Assembly (NCBI RefSeq): GCF_009914755.1
Contig: NC_060929.1
Direction: 5' to 3' (one strand)
DNA length: 64,000 nucleotides
Source of the DNA: the human T2T-CHM13v2.0 reference genome, Homo sapiens
Shown here: positions 1 through 15,545 of the stretch, piece by piece
Numbering within the stretch: position 1 is the first letter of the stretch
Layout: each line of letters begins with the position of its first letter
Notes under the pieces: generated by a model
Database searches by the model: none
What the model saw: the letters and a program-made list of their open reading frames with translations, nothing else
What the model was told of the DNA's origin: nothing
Made by a program: the position numbers and the translations under genes

Positions 1-991
1 CTAATTAACATATTATTTCCATCCTGCGTGGTCCCTCTTTCACTACTAGTCACTAGTTATCAAGTAGAACACAGGCAGATAACAAAAGTACTGGGGTGAC
101 TATTCAAAGGGACTTATCATTATGGTTGCATAGGGAAAGCAATCTTCAAGAATCCCTAAAATATATAAAATTCTCTATTCTACTTGGCTGATGCAGAATT
201 AGATTATTCTTTAAGAGTCTTTCTAATAAGGAATTGGCTTTCCAAACTTTAGCTTAAATTTAATATTTAGGCAATATCTTATCTCATAGAAGATAATGTC
301 AAATACTGAAAACAATTTTTACTAACACATAAAAGAAAGAATATCACCGTGCTGAGATAAGAACCCTGTCAACATGGAGAGAAGAGATAACTTTTGATGG
401 GAGGTATCATTTAGCAAAGATCTTGAATATATTCCAGTCCTGTTCCAGATGGGCATTCCTCTGTGGAAACTGACACTCTGCAAACAAGATGTGTCATAAG
501 AAATCAATTCTTTGCAGAAGAAAAGGGGCCTAAAAAGGAACTAAAAAAGCAAGAGATATAAGGGAAGGAGCCCATATGCATCTATTTCATATTTCATATT
601 TTTTTGAGATTCGGGTCACTATTCATACTGACTTTGATTCTGTTCTTCTGTTTTTATCTCTAGCCTCCTAGACTACTTACCAAGCATTCTTAAGAAGCAC
701 TTATAAGTTTAATTTAGTGATGATGCTAATGAAGATTCATCATACAAGCTAATAATTACAGCCACACTTTTAAATCCCTTTTTGGAGATTTTGTTTTCCA
801 ATTCATCTCATGCTAGTCACAACTTGAAAATGACCAGATTAGGAACACGTTGAACCTAATAAAATTTGGGAATAATTTCCATTATTTCTTCAGTGGTCAT
901 GCTAACCTTCTTCCTCTAGTTGGAGAGAGGTATTAGATTTTATGAGATTGTCTTAATTTATTGAAAGTGTTTTCTTAAAAACCAAATTGCA

Positions 992-1339
<348 letters not shown>

Positions 1340-2041
1340 TTATTGAATATGTTGTCATAAAATACATTCATAAGACAGTCTGGAAAAGTACTGCTGCTAT
1401 TTTTTGAAGCACACTCTTTGATCAAAAGTAAAACTTTCATTGTCTTAGTGGGGCTGTTTTTATTTTAAAAGAAATGACCTTCATACATTGCAACCATTGG
1501 TTATAGAAATGAAGCAATTAAAGTAATACTAAAGCAGCAACATTAAAATAATTAGTAACACTAAAACATGAACATTAATATAATTAGTCACAATAGTGAG
1601 AATGAGTCAAAGACTTCAGCAAAAGGCACATACCCAGTGAATATTTTATTACTTAAAGTAAACACGTAGGTTTGTTCAAATAAATAAAAGTGAATTCCTG
1701 GATATCATAGAGAGACTTGAGTATCATTTTTGGGAAACTCAGACTAAGTTATAATGCCTTTGGCTGTCTAAACATAATGAGAGGATAGCATTCGGAACTC
1801 AGTCATGCCAGAAACAAAGTGAGACAGAAAATAAAGCAATTACCAGTACTTTTATTTTCAGTTATAGCTTCAGGGTCATCTTCGGGAAATCTGTAGCGTC
1901 ATGCACGAGAAGGTTGTGCAGTATTCATATGTAATCCATTCAAAAGCTCCTTGAAAGGTTCTAATTTGTTTCAAAGTCCCTGAACACTATTGTCAAACTC
2001 AACGTTATAATACAGTAGAGAAAGATGAGATTATCTCCCTT

Positions 2042-2435
2042 TGTATTAGCCCACTAGGGCTGCCATAACAAAATACGCAGACTGGGTGGCTTCAACAACA
2101 GAGGTTTGTTTTATCACCACTCTGGAGGTTGGAAGTCTAAGTTCAAGGGCCAGCAGGTTAGGTTTCTCCTGAGGTCATTCTCATTAGTTTGCATATAGTC
2201 GTCTTCTCTTCGGGTCCTCAAGTAGACTTCTCTCTGTGCATGCACATACCTGGTATCTCCTTCTCTTCTTATAAGGACGTCAGTTATGTTAAATTAGGGC
2301 CCACCCATATGACCTCATTTTCTATTAATTACCTCTTCAAAGTCCCTATTTCCAACTACAGTCACATTCTAAGGTACTGGGGGATTAGGGCTTCAACCTG
2401 GGAATTCTAGAAGTGGGTACAATTCAACCTGTAAC
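2042..2435 (-). mobile_element. MaLR LTR, MLT1A/B/C-like solo LTR
   Basis: Reverse complement of the MLT1 end (TGTATTAG...GGGCTGCCATAACAAAATAC..AGACTGGGTGGCTT), plus ATTAGGGCCCACCC and GGGATTAGGGCTTCAAC motifs. Confidence 0.85.
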
Positions 2436-2513
2436 CACCGCACAGATATTATGTTAGCAGCAAATATTTTCAGGTTAAGAAACCAGGGAGCAATGATTTA
2501 GGAGGCACATAAG

Positions 2514-2901
2514 CAATAAGTTGCTGGAGCGCGCCCATACTAGCTTGAAAGAGCTGATGGCAACATTTTCAGGAATTTTGTAAGCTGGTTGTTTAAAACA
2601 GCCAGTATTAAAAATTAAATTTATATAGTTACAATTAAATGACATATGAAAAATAAAGTTAATGCCCATCACTCCTAATTGTTTACTGTATTTTGCTATT
2701 TTCTATGCTCTTGAAGTTTCACCTTCATTGTATTTGTATGGTGGAATTACTGTGTAATGATGTGCTAGTCTGCATCTCTTTCCAACTTTGCTGACATCAT
2801 GTTGGTAGCCTGAAATCAGACATTGTGAGAGTATTGCTCTAAATCAGGACTGTCTTTTTTTCCCCCAGAGATCCAATTGTTAAATATTTAGCACATCTCT
2901 G
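2514..2901. mobile_element. DNA transposon, MER63-like (hAT-Blackjack)
   Basis: Recalled MER63 motifs: TTTTCAGGAATTTTG, ATTAAAAATTAAATT, CTATGCTCTTGA, TGTATGGTGGAA, terminal TTGTTAAATATTTAGCACATCTCTG. Confidence 0.65.
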
Positions 2902-3099
2902 ATCACAAGGAAAAATATTTATGAGAATTGAGTATTCTGAATAGAAAATAGTTAAATCTGGAAGGGGAAATCTCTCATTTTTATTGTTGTAGACATTGTA
3001 CAAGGTGGGGTGGAATTGAAAGGTAACCATTAAGATTAAAAAGCACATCAAAATGTGTTCACAATATGTTACATTGAATGAGTCTAACCATAAACAGCA

Positions 3100-3295
3100 G
3101 AACTTAGTAGTGAACACCATGAATTTGGGATGGAAATCTTGTTCTGTCATGTATTTAACTTCATTACTTGATCTCTTTCAACCACAATTTCCTCTTTTGG
3201 GATGTGGGAATAACACTTGCTTCCTGAAGATGTTGAGAAGAATAAATAATGCTATATATGTAAAGTGCTTAGCATATGACTGGCACATTGCACAA
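3100..3295 (+). mobile_element. MIR SINE fragment
   Basis: Degenerate MIR core (CAATTTCCTC...GGGAATAACAC) and 3' end ATGTAAAGTGCTTAGCATATGACTGGCACA. Confidence 0.7.
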
Positions 3296-3697
3296 TGCCT
3301 GAGAATTACCTCCACTTGGAAGAAGGTGACATTAGTAAAAATCCATATTTATAGGATGCATGATCTTTGACAGTCACAAAAAAGCAGGACTTGTTGAGGT
3401 ATGGAAGTCATGGATAACAAAGGGAAGCTTAACCATTGAGCACAGAAATAGGTAAATTATTACCTAGTTACCCACTTATTTGTAAAACAAACAAATAAAC
3501 AAAAACCATTATTTTCCTTTGGAGAGGTGTTATTCCCTTCTTGCCTATACCCTATGTATATTCTTGCAGATGTGAAAGTCTGTTTTCTTTACAGGCAGAT
3601 CTAATCTGTTTCTCAAGCTTTAGGTCAGTGATAACTTGATGAATTTTATGATAGAAATATTTGGAGGCCTTAGAAATATAGCTCTTAAATCTAAGAC

Positions 3698-4121
3698 TGT
3701 ACAGCATTTCATTAAGGCCCCAACTGCTGCACTTTGAAATCCATCAGTGCATTTGTGCAGAAGACCTGCTTCCATGAGCTTCTCTCAGCCAATGGCTAAG
3801 CTAGGCAGAAATACTAAAGGGGCTCTTTCCTGGGAGACATAAAACTCAGACGCAAGACTCCTCTGATGGACTGCTTGAGCTGAGAACACCCCATCAGCCT
3901 TGCTAAATGTCTGTAGAACTTCACTGTAATCTAAGATCCATCCAGCTAACCATTATTTCTTTTTACTCTCCTTCACAAGCATCAGATCTAAATTGCCATG
4001 TAACAGCTCTTTCAGTCTCCTCTGACTCCCTCTATATTTTCTATTATAGGCATTTCCACTAATAAATATCCTACATGCCTAATTCTGTCTTGGTGTCTAC
4101 TTCTCAGATGACCGAGACTAA
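3698..4121 (+). mobile_element. ERVL LTR, LTR16A-like (5' LTR)
   Basis: CAGCCAATGGCTAAG, CCCCATCAGCCT, AATAAA polyA signal, end TGTCTTGGTGTCTACTTCTCAGATGACC, followed directly by internal start TGGTACCAAGAGTGATCC. Confidence 0.8.
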
Positions 4122-6120
<1,999 letters not shown>

Positions 6121-6139
6121 CTAGGAGATAGGGGCTTGA

Positions 6140-6750
6140 TTTAGTCAACCTGCCTACAAGTAGCTGGTTGGTCTGCTGAAGAAAATGTTCTATATCAGAA
6201 GCTCTGTGTATGGCTCTGCTGCTGAATATCTGAACATTTAGATGCAGTAGTACCTGGCTGGGTCTTGGGGCAAGTAAAAACCCTATCAGCCACTGTGTAT
6301 GTGACTTCCATGCCTGTTCTGGAGTGGCCAATAATGGAAGTGGTTAAAGTTAACTGTCAAGCTACCTGTATATTTCTTTCATGATGGATGAACATGTGAG
6401 ACAAATATCTTCATGCTTCCCATCTACTTTCACATGTACATGACTTGACTCTACCTGAGACTTCCTTGTGTCTCATCTTCTAGGACTTTTCCTTCCAGGT
6501 TCCTGTTCAGATGGACAGGCCACTAGCCTGAACAATGATTCAAGAGTCTCTATATATTCTCACTTCAGGCCACTTCAACACAAAGTAAATAACAAGGTAC
6601 TTAGCTTTCAGCTCCTTCCATTAGGAAGTTTTTCCTCTCTATTATCTTTCATGGCCACATCTGAAGGGGGTATAATTTAGCTGGCATCCATTTATGACTT
6701 GTGCCCATGTACCAGACTAGCCCATCATAAACCAAGCCTAGGCTCACTTT
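6140..6750 (-). mobile_element. ERVL pol remnant (RNase H region) on the minus strand
   Basis: Minus-strand translation gives AWFM.., VRIYRDS*II and ASGLSI*TGTWKE, matching ERVL AWFTDG / VRLYTDSWAV / ANGLAGWSGTWK. Confidence 0.75.
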
Positions 6751-6784
6751 TTAAAATATTTCATGGTCATATAAGTCTTATAAA

Positions 6785-7237
6785 TGTTTGCTCTTCCATT
6801 TCCTCCAAGAATTAGATTCTGAGATGGATTACATGTACAAGGATGATATTACACAGAAATGGCCCAAGTAGGATAAAATGGGAGGGAGCCAGAGAAGTAT
6901 GGAAGAACCATCAGACAGAGATGCAAGATTGACCCCGGGTGAAAAAGAGACGGAGAGAAGGTTGGGTAAAAGGATTTTAGACTTCAGTGCAGTCTAAGGA
7001 AGATTTGACAAGTCCCTTGAGGGATCCTCAAGCCAAAGCTGTCCATCAGCAGTACCGTGTTGTCCAAGAAGGAGTGCTACAGCATTCCTGTTATACTCAG
7101 TCGCTGGCCAGGAACAGTCTGTGAAAACCGTGGCTTCTGTTCTAACACAGTTATGGATTTGAGAGCCAGGCTCTGATGTCCTTGCTCAGTTACGCTCCCC
7201 ATAGTTGGAGGTCTAGGCACATGCTCTTGACCACCAA
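6785..7237 (-). mobile_element. ERVL LTR, LTR16-family, reverse orientation
   Basis: Reverse complement of LTR16 motifs (TTAGACTTCAGTGCAGTCTAAGGAAG, CTCAGTCGCTGGCCAGGAACAG, ATGGATTTGAGAG). Confidence 0.7.
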
Positions 7238-9149
7238 ACCTGGTACAAACATCTTTAGTTTAAGGCTTACTAAAAATGTAAGTAAGTCTTTGTTTTAGGA
7301 CTCCTCAGAACCTTCAACATGCTATTAATAATTAGGAGTTTCAAGAGGGATTGTCACATTTTCCCAAATTTATTGGACTTCATATTTCTTTAGAGATTTC
7401 CTGTGATTTAAACTTTTGAGAAATATTGCTATAGAGTGGTCTTAAAGATGAGATAATATGTTCTCTTTGACAAATAATAAAAAATAGTATCAAGATGCTT
7501 ATGAAGACCAGAATTAGAAGTCAGTAACCAAAATGAATAAGAACATGAAAATAAGCCTTTGAATCCAAATGAATTATTCTCCAAAGAATTAAACCAAACC
7601 AAACCTACATACAAACAAACAAAATGGATCTGTTTTAAACTACTATTATTAAAACTCCATACCAGGATTTAGTTAATTAAACATTTTCAAACAAGTGAAC
7701 AATGTATTAATGTGGGAAAAATTAAATGGTCTTATTGTAAAATATTTTTAAAAGATCATAGCCTGATTATTTTAACTTACATATTATTAAATAAAACATT
7801 ATTTTCTTTAGCTTTATTGTTAAAATTATTTTAATAATTATTTATATGTAAATTCATATAACTAACACACCTTTATCTTATTTATCTTAAATATATTTTC
7901 TAAAATCTTCTGTATGCTCATCAATTCTATAATTGTCTTTTTTCTCAATAGAGAGTATAAATGATTCTTTTCATTCAGCTTCTGTTTATATTTTAACTAT
8001 TTGTAAATTTGTATAGAATATGTAAGCCTTTAAACATTCTTTGAGGGACAAAATGAATGAAATGTCATATGGAAATGATTTTATAAAGTATTTTTTATAT
8101 GCAGGGCTGTTTCTTCATTTTGTCTATATCTATATAACTTAGCACTTGGCAAAAGACTAAACACCAAATTCACTACAAATTAGATTGACAAACAACTTCT
8201 GAAGATTCTTTATTGGAATTTGTAATGTCTCTGTTTTAATGTGTATATGGCCTCTAGGATTCCCAAAAAGTTAAAAGCACATACAATTTGGTTAAATTAA
8301 ACAATACCCGGTACAAATAAGTTTATTACTTAATTGTTTTCTCCAAAATTTTATTTTGTTTTTTATGCACTGTTAACTATTGGGTTTATTGACAACAACA
8401 AAATGACTAAACTTTCTGTTGAAATTAAAGCAAATGTTGGCACCAGCAATGAGAACGGTGATAAGTGATGACATACTCACCTCTCACAAAATAGAGCTCT
8501 TTACAGGAGCACATAGGGAACTCAGACTTGCCTGTCAGTTCATACACATTGCTGAGTTAGTCAATAACACTATATTGTGTTATCTTATCTTAAGTAGAAA
8601 ATAAAACCCAGGACAGAACTAATTACCACATACATTTTCCAGCATTAAAGTTAAAGTTAAAGCAGACTGTACTCATGGAAAAAGCACGGAGCTAGGTGAA
8701 GTTAGAAAATTTGTATGTAAGTTCAGGCTACAGTGCCTATAAGCTAGAATGACTATCAAGTTCAATTTAAAGCAGCTAAAGTCACAGTTGATGATTTTCA
8801 CATGATGAAATATTTCTTAACTATGAAATTTATATATAACTGATTGGAAGGGTTGAAAATAATCAAGTCACTCTGCATGTAGATAGAAATTACCTAGTAT
8901 TTCTGCATCTCTTTTATCTATAATAAAAGAATAGCATCTTCTTGGTTCATTGTAGTCACTCTCATTTTTCTGGACTATATTTCTCTTTGTACCTTTATAT
9001 AATTGTGGGGAACTCAAGAATACCTGTGTAGAACAAGATTGTGTAACTGTATTAACTACTTAGCTAGCATCTTTTAATCCTTAGTGATTTTTTTATTGTT
9101 GATTACCAGATATGAAGCTGTGGACTCAGGGGTATTTTTAGGATATTTA

Positions 9150-11870
9150 ATTTTTTTTATTAGCATATATTGAGCTCTATGCATTTTTGCCTGCAGTTCT
9201 ATGATCTTTGACAAATGAGTAGTCTATAACCACAAGAGTCATTCCCTCTACTTCCCTCTGGTAGTCAAAATCTGTCCCCCATCTTTCTACCTTGGCTACT
9301 ATTGATTTTTTTCTCTGCTCCTATAGTTTTGCTTTTTCCAGAATGTCATATAAATGAAAGAATACTACACAGAGCCATTTGAATTTGGCTCCTTTCACTT
9401 AGTACAAGGCATTTGGATTTTTTCCAGTATTCAGCAATTACTTAAAAACTGCTATAAGCATTCATGTACAGGTTTTCTGTGAACATAAATTTTCACTTAT
9501 TTTGGGTAAGAACCGAGGGTTGGGATTAAGGGGGTCATAAGGTAAGTGTTTGATTAACTTTATAAGAGACTACCAAATTGTTTTATGAAGTGGCCAAATG
9601 ATTTTGCATTCCTACCAGTACTGCAGGAGAACTCCAGTTGCTCCAAACTGGAGCAAAGTTTGGTGTTACCAGTTTTTTAAAAATTTATTTTAGCTACTCA
9701 AGTAGGTATATAGCTGTATTTCATTCTGTTTTTATTTTGCATTTCCCTTATGACTAATATTGTTGGGCATCTTTCCATGTACTTATTAATTATTCATGTA
9801 TCTTGTTTGCTGAAGTATATACTTAAATGTTTTGCCCATTTCTTTATTAGGTTGGGATTTTTTTTTTTTTTTTTGCTGAGTTTAAAAAATTCTTTACATT
9901 TTCTAGATACAAGTCTTTTGTTCACATATGTAATTTGCATAAATATTTTCTTTCAGTCTGTGGCTGGTCTTTTTTTCTTCTCTTAACAGTATCTTTCACA
10001 GATTAAAAGTTTTTAACTTTATTACTCAATTATCAAAATTAATTTTATGGATTATACTTTGAAGTGATATGTAAGAACTCTTTGCTGAGAAAAGACAAAT
10101 GTTTTCTCTTAGTTTTTTCTAAAATTTTTTATAATTTTAGCTTTTGCATTTAGTCTACAATCCAGTTTGATTTAATTTTGTACAGTTGAGCATCCCTAAT
10201 CTGAAAGTCCAAAATCTAAAAGTCTCCCAAATTTGAAACTTTCCAAACAATATGTCACAAGTAGAATATTCCACATCTGACTTCATGTAACAGGTCACAG
10301 TCAAAACTTTGTTTCATGCACAAAATTTTTAAAAATACAATATAAAATTATCATCAGGCAATGTGTATAAGATGTATATGAAACATAAATAAATTTTGTG
10401 TTTAAACTTGGGTTCTGTCCTCAAGAACCCAAGCTGTCTCATTGCATATATGTGGATATTCCAAAATCCAAAAACATCCCAAATCTGAAACATTTCTTGT
10501 CCCAAGCATTTGGAGTAAGGGATATTCAATCTGTGTAAAGTGTGTGAGTTAACATTAACTTTCTTTCCTTCACTCTCTCCTTTCTTTCTAACTGCTCTCT
10601 CTTTCATTTGTATGTTCAATTGTTTCAGCACCATTCGTTGAAAAGACTATCTTTTCTCTGTTGAATTGCATTTGTACCTGTCCCAAAAATAATTGACTAG
10701 ATTTTTTTCCAGTATTGACCAATAACTAAAAAAAAACTGCTACAAGCATTCATGTACAGGTTTCCTGTCAACATAAATTTTCATTTATTTTGTATAAGTA
10801 CCTAGGAGTGGGATTAAAGGGTCGTAAGATAAGTATAGGATTAACTTTATAAGAAACTATTGAATTGTTTTCCAAAGTGGCCAACTCATTTTTCATTCCT
10901 ACTACCAATGCAGGAGAGCTCCAGTTGCTCTGCATTCTCACCAAAACTTGGTATTATCAGGGCTTTTAAAAAGTTATTTTAGCCATTCAAATAGATGTAT
11001 ATTTGTTTCTCATTCTGTTTTTATTTTGTATTTCTCTTACGACTAATATTGTTGGGCATCTTTCGATGTGCTTATTAGTTATTTGAGTATCTTTTTGCTG
11101 AAGTGTCTACTTAAATGTTTTGTGCACTCCTTTATTAGGTTGTTTTCTGTGTGTTATTGCCAAGTGGGAATATTTCTGGATTCTATATTCTAGTCCATTA
11201 TTCTGTGTCTATCTTTTCACATCACTTTGAAGTGAGATAAAAATTATCAGACTGTCTTGATGACTGTAGCTTTCTAGTAAGTCTTGAAATCAGGTAGTGT
11301 GAGCCTTCTAATTTTCTTTTGCAAAATTGCACTGATGACTTTAATTCCTTTGCTTTTCCTTGTAAATTTCACAGTCAAACTTTTTGATACCAAGAAAAAA
11401 TCTGCTGGGGCTTTTTCTGACACTGCGTTAAATTTATAGATTAATTTGAGAAGAATTAACATCTTAACAATATCAAGTCTTTCAATATATGAACGCAGTA
11501 CATTTATACATTTATTCAAGTCTTCTCTTCTATAAATCAGTATTTTTTAGCTTTTATCATACAGATACTGTACCCTGTTTTTTAAGATTTATTCCTAAGT
11601 ATTTGATTTTTGGCAAATTATAAAGAGAATTTTATTTAATTTCAATGCTTAACCGTTCATTGCTAATGTATAGAAATGCAATTCAGCTTTGTATATTGAT
11701 TTGTACTTTTTGAACTACTAAATTCACTATTAGTTGTAGGAGCTTATAGATTTCATAGAAATTTATGTGTAGCTAATCATATTGTCTATGAATAACGGTG
11801 TTCCTATTTATTTCTTTCAAGTTAGTATGGCTCTTATTTACTTTCACTGACTAGGACCTCTACTCTAATG
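9150..11870 (-). mobile_element. Old L1 (L1M-type) 3' UTR and ORF2 remnant, interrupted by a Tigger4-type element, with an internal duplication
   Basis: TTTTCCAGAATGTCATATAAATG and GGCTCCTTTCACTTAG 3' UTR motifs; ORF 11274-11519 (IVKMLILLKLIYKFNAV...LTLPDFKTY) is a decayed L1 ORF2 segment. Confidence 0.88.
10183..10533. mobile_element. DNA transposon, Tigger4/MER46-type MITE
   Basis: TIR CAGTTGAGCATCCCTAAT ... TAAGGGATATTCAATCTG; TA immediately upstream. Confidence 0.85.
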
Positions 11871-12174
11871 TCTTTATATGATTATAATCCAGCAAGGAAG
11901 GAGAGTCCATATAGCAAAAGTAAAGACAGTTGCTGGAGGAAATAAAACCATTTCATGTTGGTAACTTCAATGGATTGAAACTATTTAACTAATTATACTA
12001 TATTAAGGCAGTTGAACTTTGTTTGTTGGACAATGGGAAGCCATATACTAAGAAAATCTCTCTCAGAAAAAGCTGACATGATCTACAGTTAGCATACAGT
12101 CTGGTACTGACTTTACACCCAGAAATAAGCTACAGAAAAGGATGAGTGTAAGAGATTCCTCCCACCCCCACCAT

Positions 12175-12578
<404 letters not shown>

Positions 12579-13279
12579 CTAGGATATCGGGGTGACAACA
12601 AAGCTACTCGGGGGAAAGTAGCTGAATATTTAATACATGGATAATAAATAATTCTTTCATGAGTTGGATTGAGAGCAGAAATCTATGAGGTTCATTGTAA
12701 AATGAATAAAGTTTAACTTGTCTTGAGTTCCAGAGGTAAGGATGGCTAACTACAGATATTTTGGGAGGTAGAAGAGGAAAGAGGGAAGAAGTGAGGTTTG
12801 TTCCTGATAGCCTCTCACTTGCTGAATTCACTGGAGGCGAATGGAGCAACTGAGGTTGATAGAATATTGACAGTGTGGAATATTTCTTGGCATGGGGAAA
12901 AAGAACAAGGATTGACTATGGATAAATCAAACACTAGAAAGTGTTTTAAAATCTAAAAATGTTTGGAAATCAAACATTTTTAATTTCAAAAATTATCAGA
13001 GGTACAGAGAAAAGCAGAGCAAAATGGGAAGTAAGAGTCCAGGTAAGCAGCCAGAGGATCTTCAGGAATTGAAGATTTGCAGGAAACACATAGGAATCCT
13101 GGAATCAAGTACAATTCATTCCACAATGCTCAAACCTAGAATATATTTCTTCTGTTAAGATATGACCCAATCCAATGATTAGTGACAGAAAGATGTAGCA
13201 GCTAGTGATTACCAATATTGATACTTTTATGTATGTGGATGAAAGAGTAGGGACTGTGTTTTGTACACAGAGGTGTGCA

Positions 13280-13450
13280 ACATTCAAATCTTGGTCTTGC
13301 CATTTATTAGCACCATGGCTTAGATCTTATTACTTAAACTTCTTCATTCAATGCTTTATTTTCTGTAAAACTGAAATAGTAATACCCATCTCAAAGAGTC
13401 CATGCAATAATTAGGGGAACTAACATAAACAAGATAGTTTTTTGATAAAT
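13280..13450 (+). mobile_element. MIR fragment
   Basis: TTCAAATCTTGGTCTTGCCATTTATTAGC...TTCTGTAAAACTGAAATAGTAATACC. Confidence 0.65.
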
Positions 13451-15545
13451 ATTACTTATTTTCATTGTCTCAAAATATTAAAATATTTGAAGTACTAGCC
13501 ACTGATAGTTTCAGAATTTCTATTTGGAGTTCGTGTGGATACCAATCTAGATGGAAGGCTGGGGGCTAGGAAACTTCTCTTGGGGTTGTGTTTTTATAGC
13601 AAGCGTAGTGTTTTTACATAGGTGTTGTATTTATTTGGGGTGTCTTTCATTGGTCACATGGCTAGAGATAGCAGGAAGGGCTAAAGCATCCTTCATTTTG
13701 AAAGCTTTCTTTTGGCACTGCTGTTGGCCCTAAAGTTTGCTGCTTGGTGAAATAGACCACATCTCACTATTTTTATAGACCCCAGTTGGTAGTAAATGTG
13801 TGTACCAGCTAAAAAGGTCACGGTGCAAAAATAGTTAGTTATACTGCTTGCTTGCTGAGGGACTAAGCTGGTGACATCTATTAAATCATTCTGAAGACAA
13901 AGATTTCAAGAAGAAGACAAAGGTTCAGAAGTGCTGCTTATTAAATCTCTGAGATCATGGTTTTGTGTCTCACGGGTGTTCATAAGCCTCAATGACTGCA
14001 GCTAATAGGCCTGAGTTTTACCAACAGGCTTTTCTGGGAGGCACACAGAAGAATGATTGAGCAACTTCTGATGGTAGGATTCTGACTGTTTTTAAGAGCA
14101 ATACTTGGGCCGTTGTAAACATGCTCATGAAGTAAGAAAGTCTTCTCTGAAAGCAAATCAAAGGCTCTAAGGAGAGGGTCAAAGTTTAACTTTGAAGTGA
14201 GATAAAAACTATCCTCTAAAACCTATGTGTAGAGTTTGACTGAGTCAGACTATCAGAAAACTCTGAGGATCAGAGAATAATCCACTGATCCTGCCCTGGA
14301 AAGAAAACACAAATCATAACAATACAGTATCTGGATATTATCACTTATCTGCAAGGTTAACTTTTTAATATGGATTGTCTACTATTAAAGAAACGGAAAT
14401 GCATCCACGTACACTCATGCAAATTAAGGCCTTATAGCCTTATAATAAGGGCACCACAGGATGAGTGATCAGGAACTACAAGTTTTGTGTTCAGCATTTA
14501 GTTGCCTATAGCAACCAAAAAGAAATACTCAATGTTTCAGGGATTTTGGTCTACTTTTACTGCTGCCCGGCAGCAAATTGGCCAATTCTGAAGTTTTCAT
14601 AAATTGATTATAGAAGCTTTTGGACTTTTCTTCAATGCCCCGTTTTGTTCTTTACCTTTCTGCTATGAAAAGTCTTATTTATGCTGCTACCTATTTTCTT
14701 CAGTTTTCCCAAGCAAGATTAAAAAATCCTCAAAATGAACATAAGTATTAAGTGGTTGTAATTCTGACATTTGTTGCCATGATGTTTGCCAGACTGTTTG
14801 GACTTAGGTAACAGGCTAAGCAGATGTCTACTTTCTCTCTCACTATTTCATGACTCTAGCCTGAAAGTTTGCTTACAAGGATGAGTGACCCCAGATAAAG
14901 GGGTGCAATTAGCTGTATACAATGAACTCTAAAGGAATGCTCAAAATAAAATTAGTTTTAATGAATTGGAAATAAACATAAGCCTGACGGCACTTTTTGA
15001 AGGGTGGAAAAATATGAAAAACGAAGGGGGAGGTGGCTACATGATTTACTCAAAGTGAAATTCTCTGCTTTAGAGTCTAAATTGCATGCCCTTTCAGAGG
15101 TACAAAAGGCGCATATATATTATCATTGTTTAATCATTCTACTTCCTTTATTTAATGTCATCAATATTTCTCCATTGTCTGTGCAAACTACTTAGATGGG
15201 GTTTTAGGGACATTCAGGCTTTAGTACCATTCTATGTATCCAGGCTTTTCTTTTCAGTTTCCCTAAACAAGCTGTACCGGCCGGGGAAAATAACTCTGAC
15301 TTGTCAGCAGAAAACACACAGTCCTGCCTCTACTCATTTTCTCATGCTGATTCCTCTGCCTAGAACATTCCTTCCTCAACATCTTTGTTTTGGACCTTAT
15401 GTGGCCTTCATAATTCACAAAATGTGTCAGAGGTTTATCCTTGATATCCCCAAAACTTTTTCAAATTGAATAATCTATGTATTTTCCATAATCTGCTATT
15501 CAGATAATGTGAATCTAAGGCTCTGAAACATAGAGGGTAGCTTTC

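Noticed and set aside
1850-1960. CpG-containing segment with splice-like sites
   Set aside because: No convincing acceptor-donor pair on either strand and no recognisable peptide.
11274-11519. L1 ORF2-like peptides (also 43263-43517 and 63290-63481)
   Set aside because: Short decayed pieces of truncated L1 copies surrounded by stops and frameshifts; not functional CDS.
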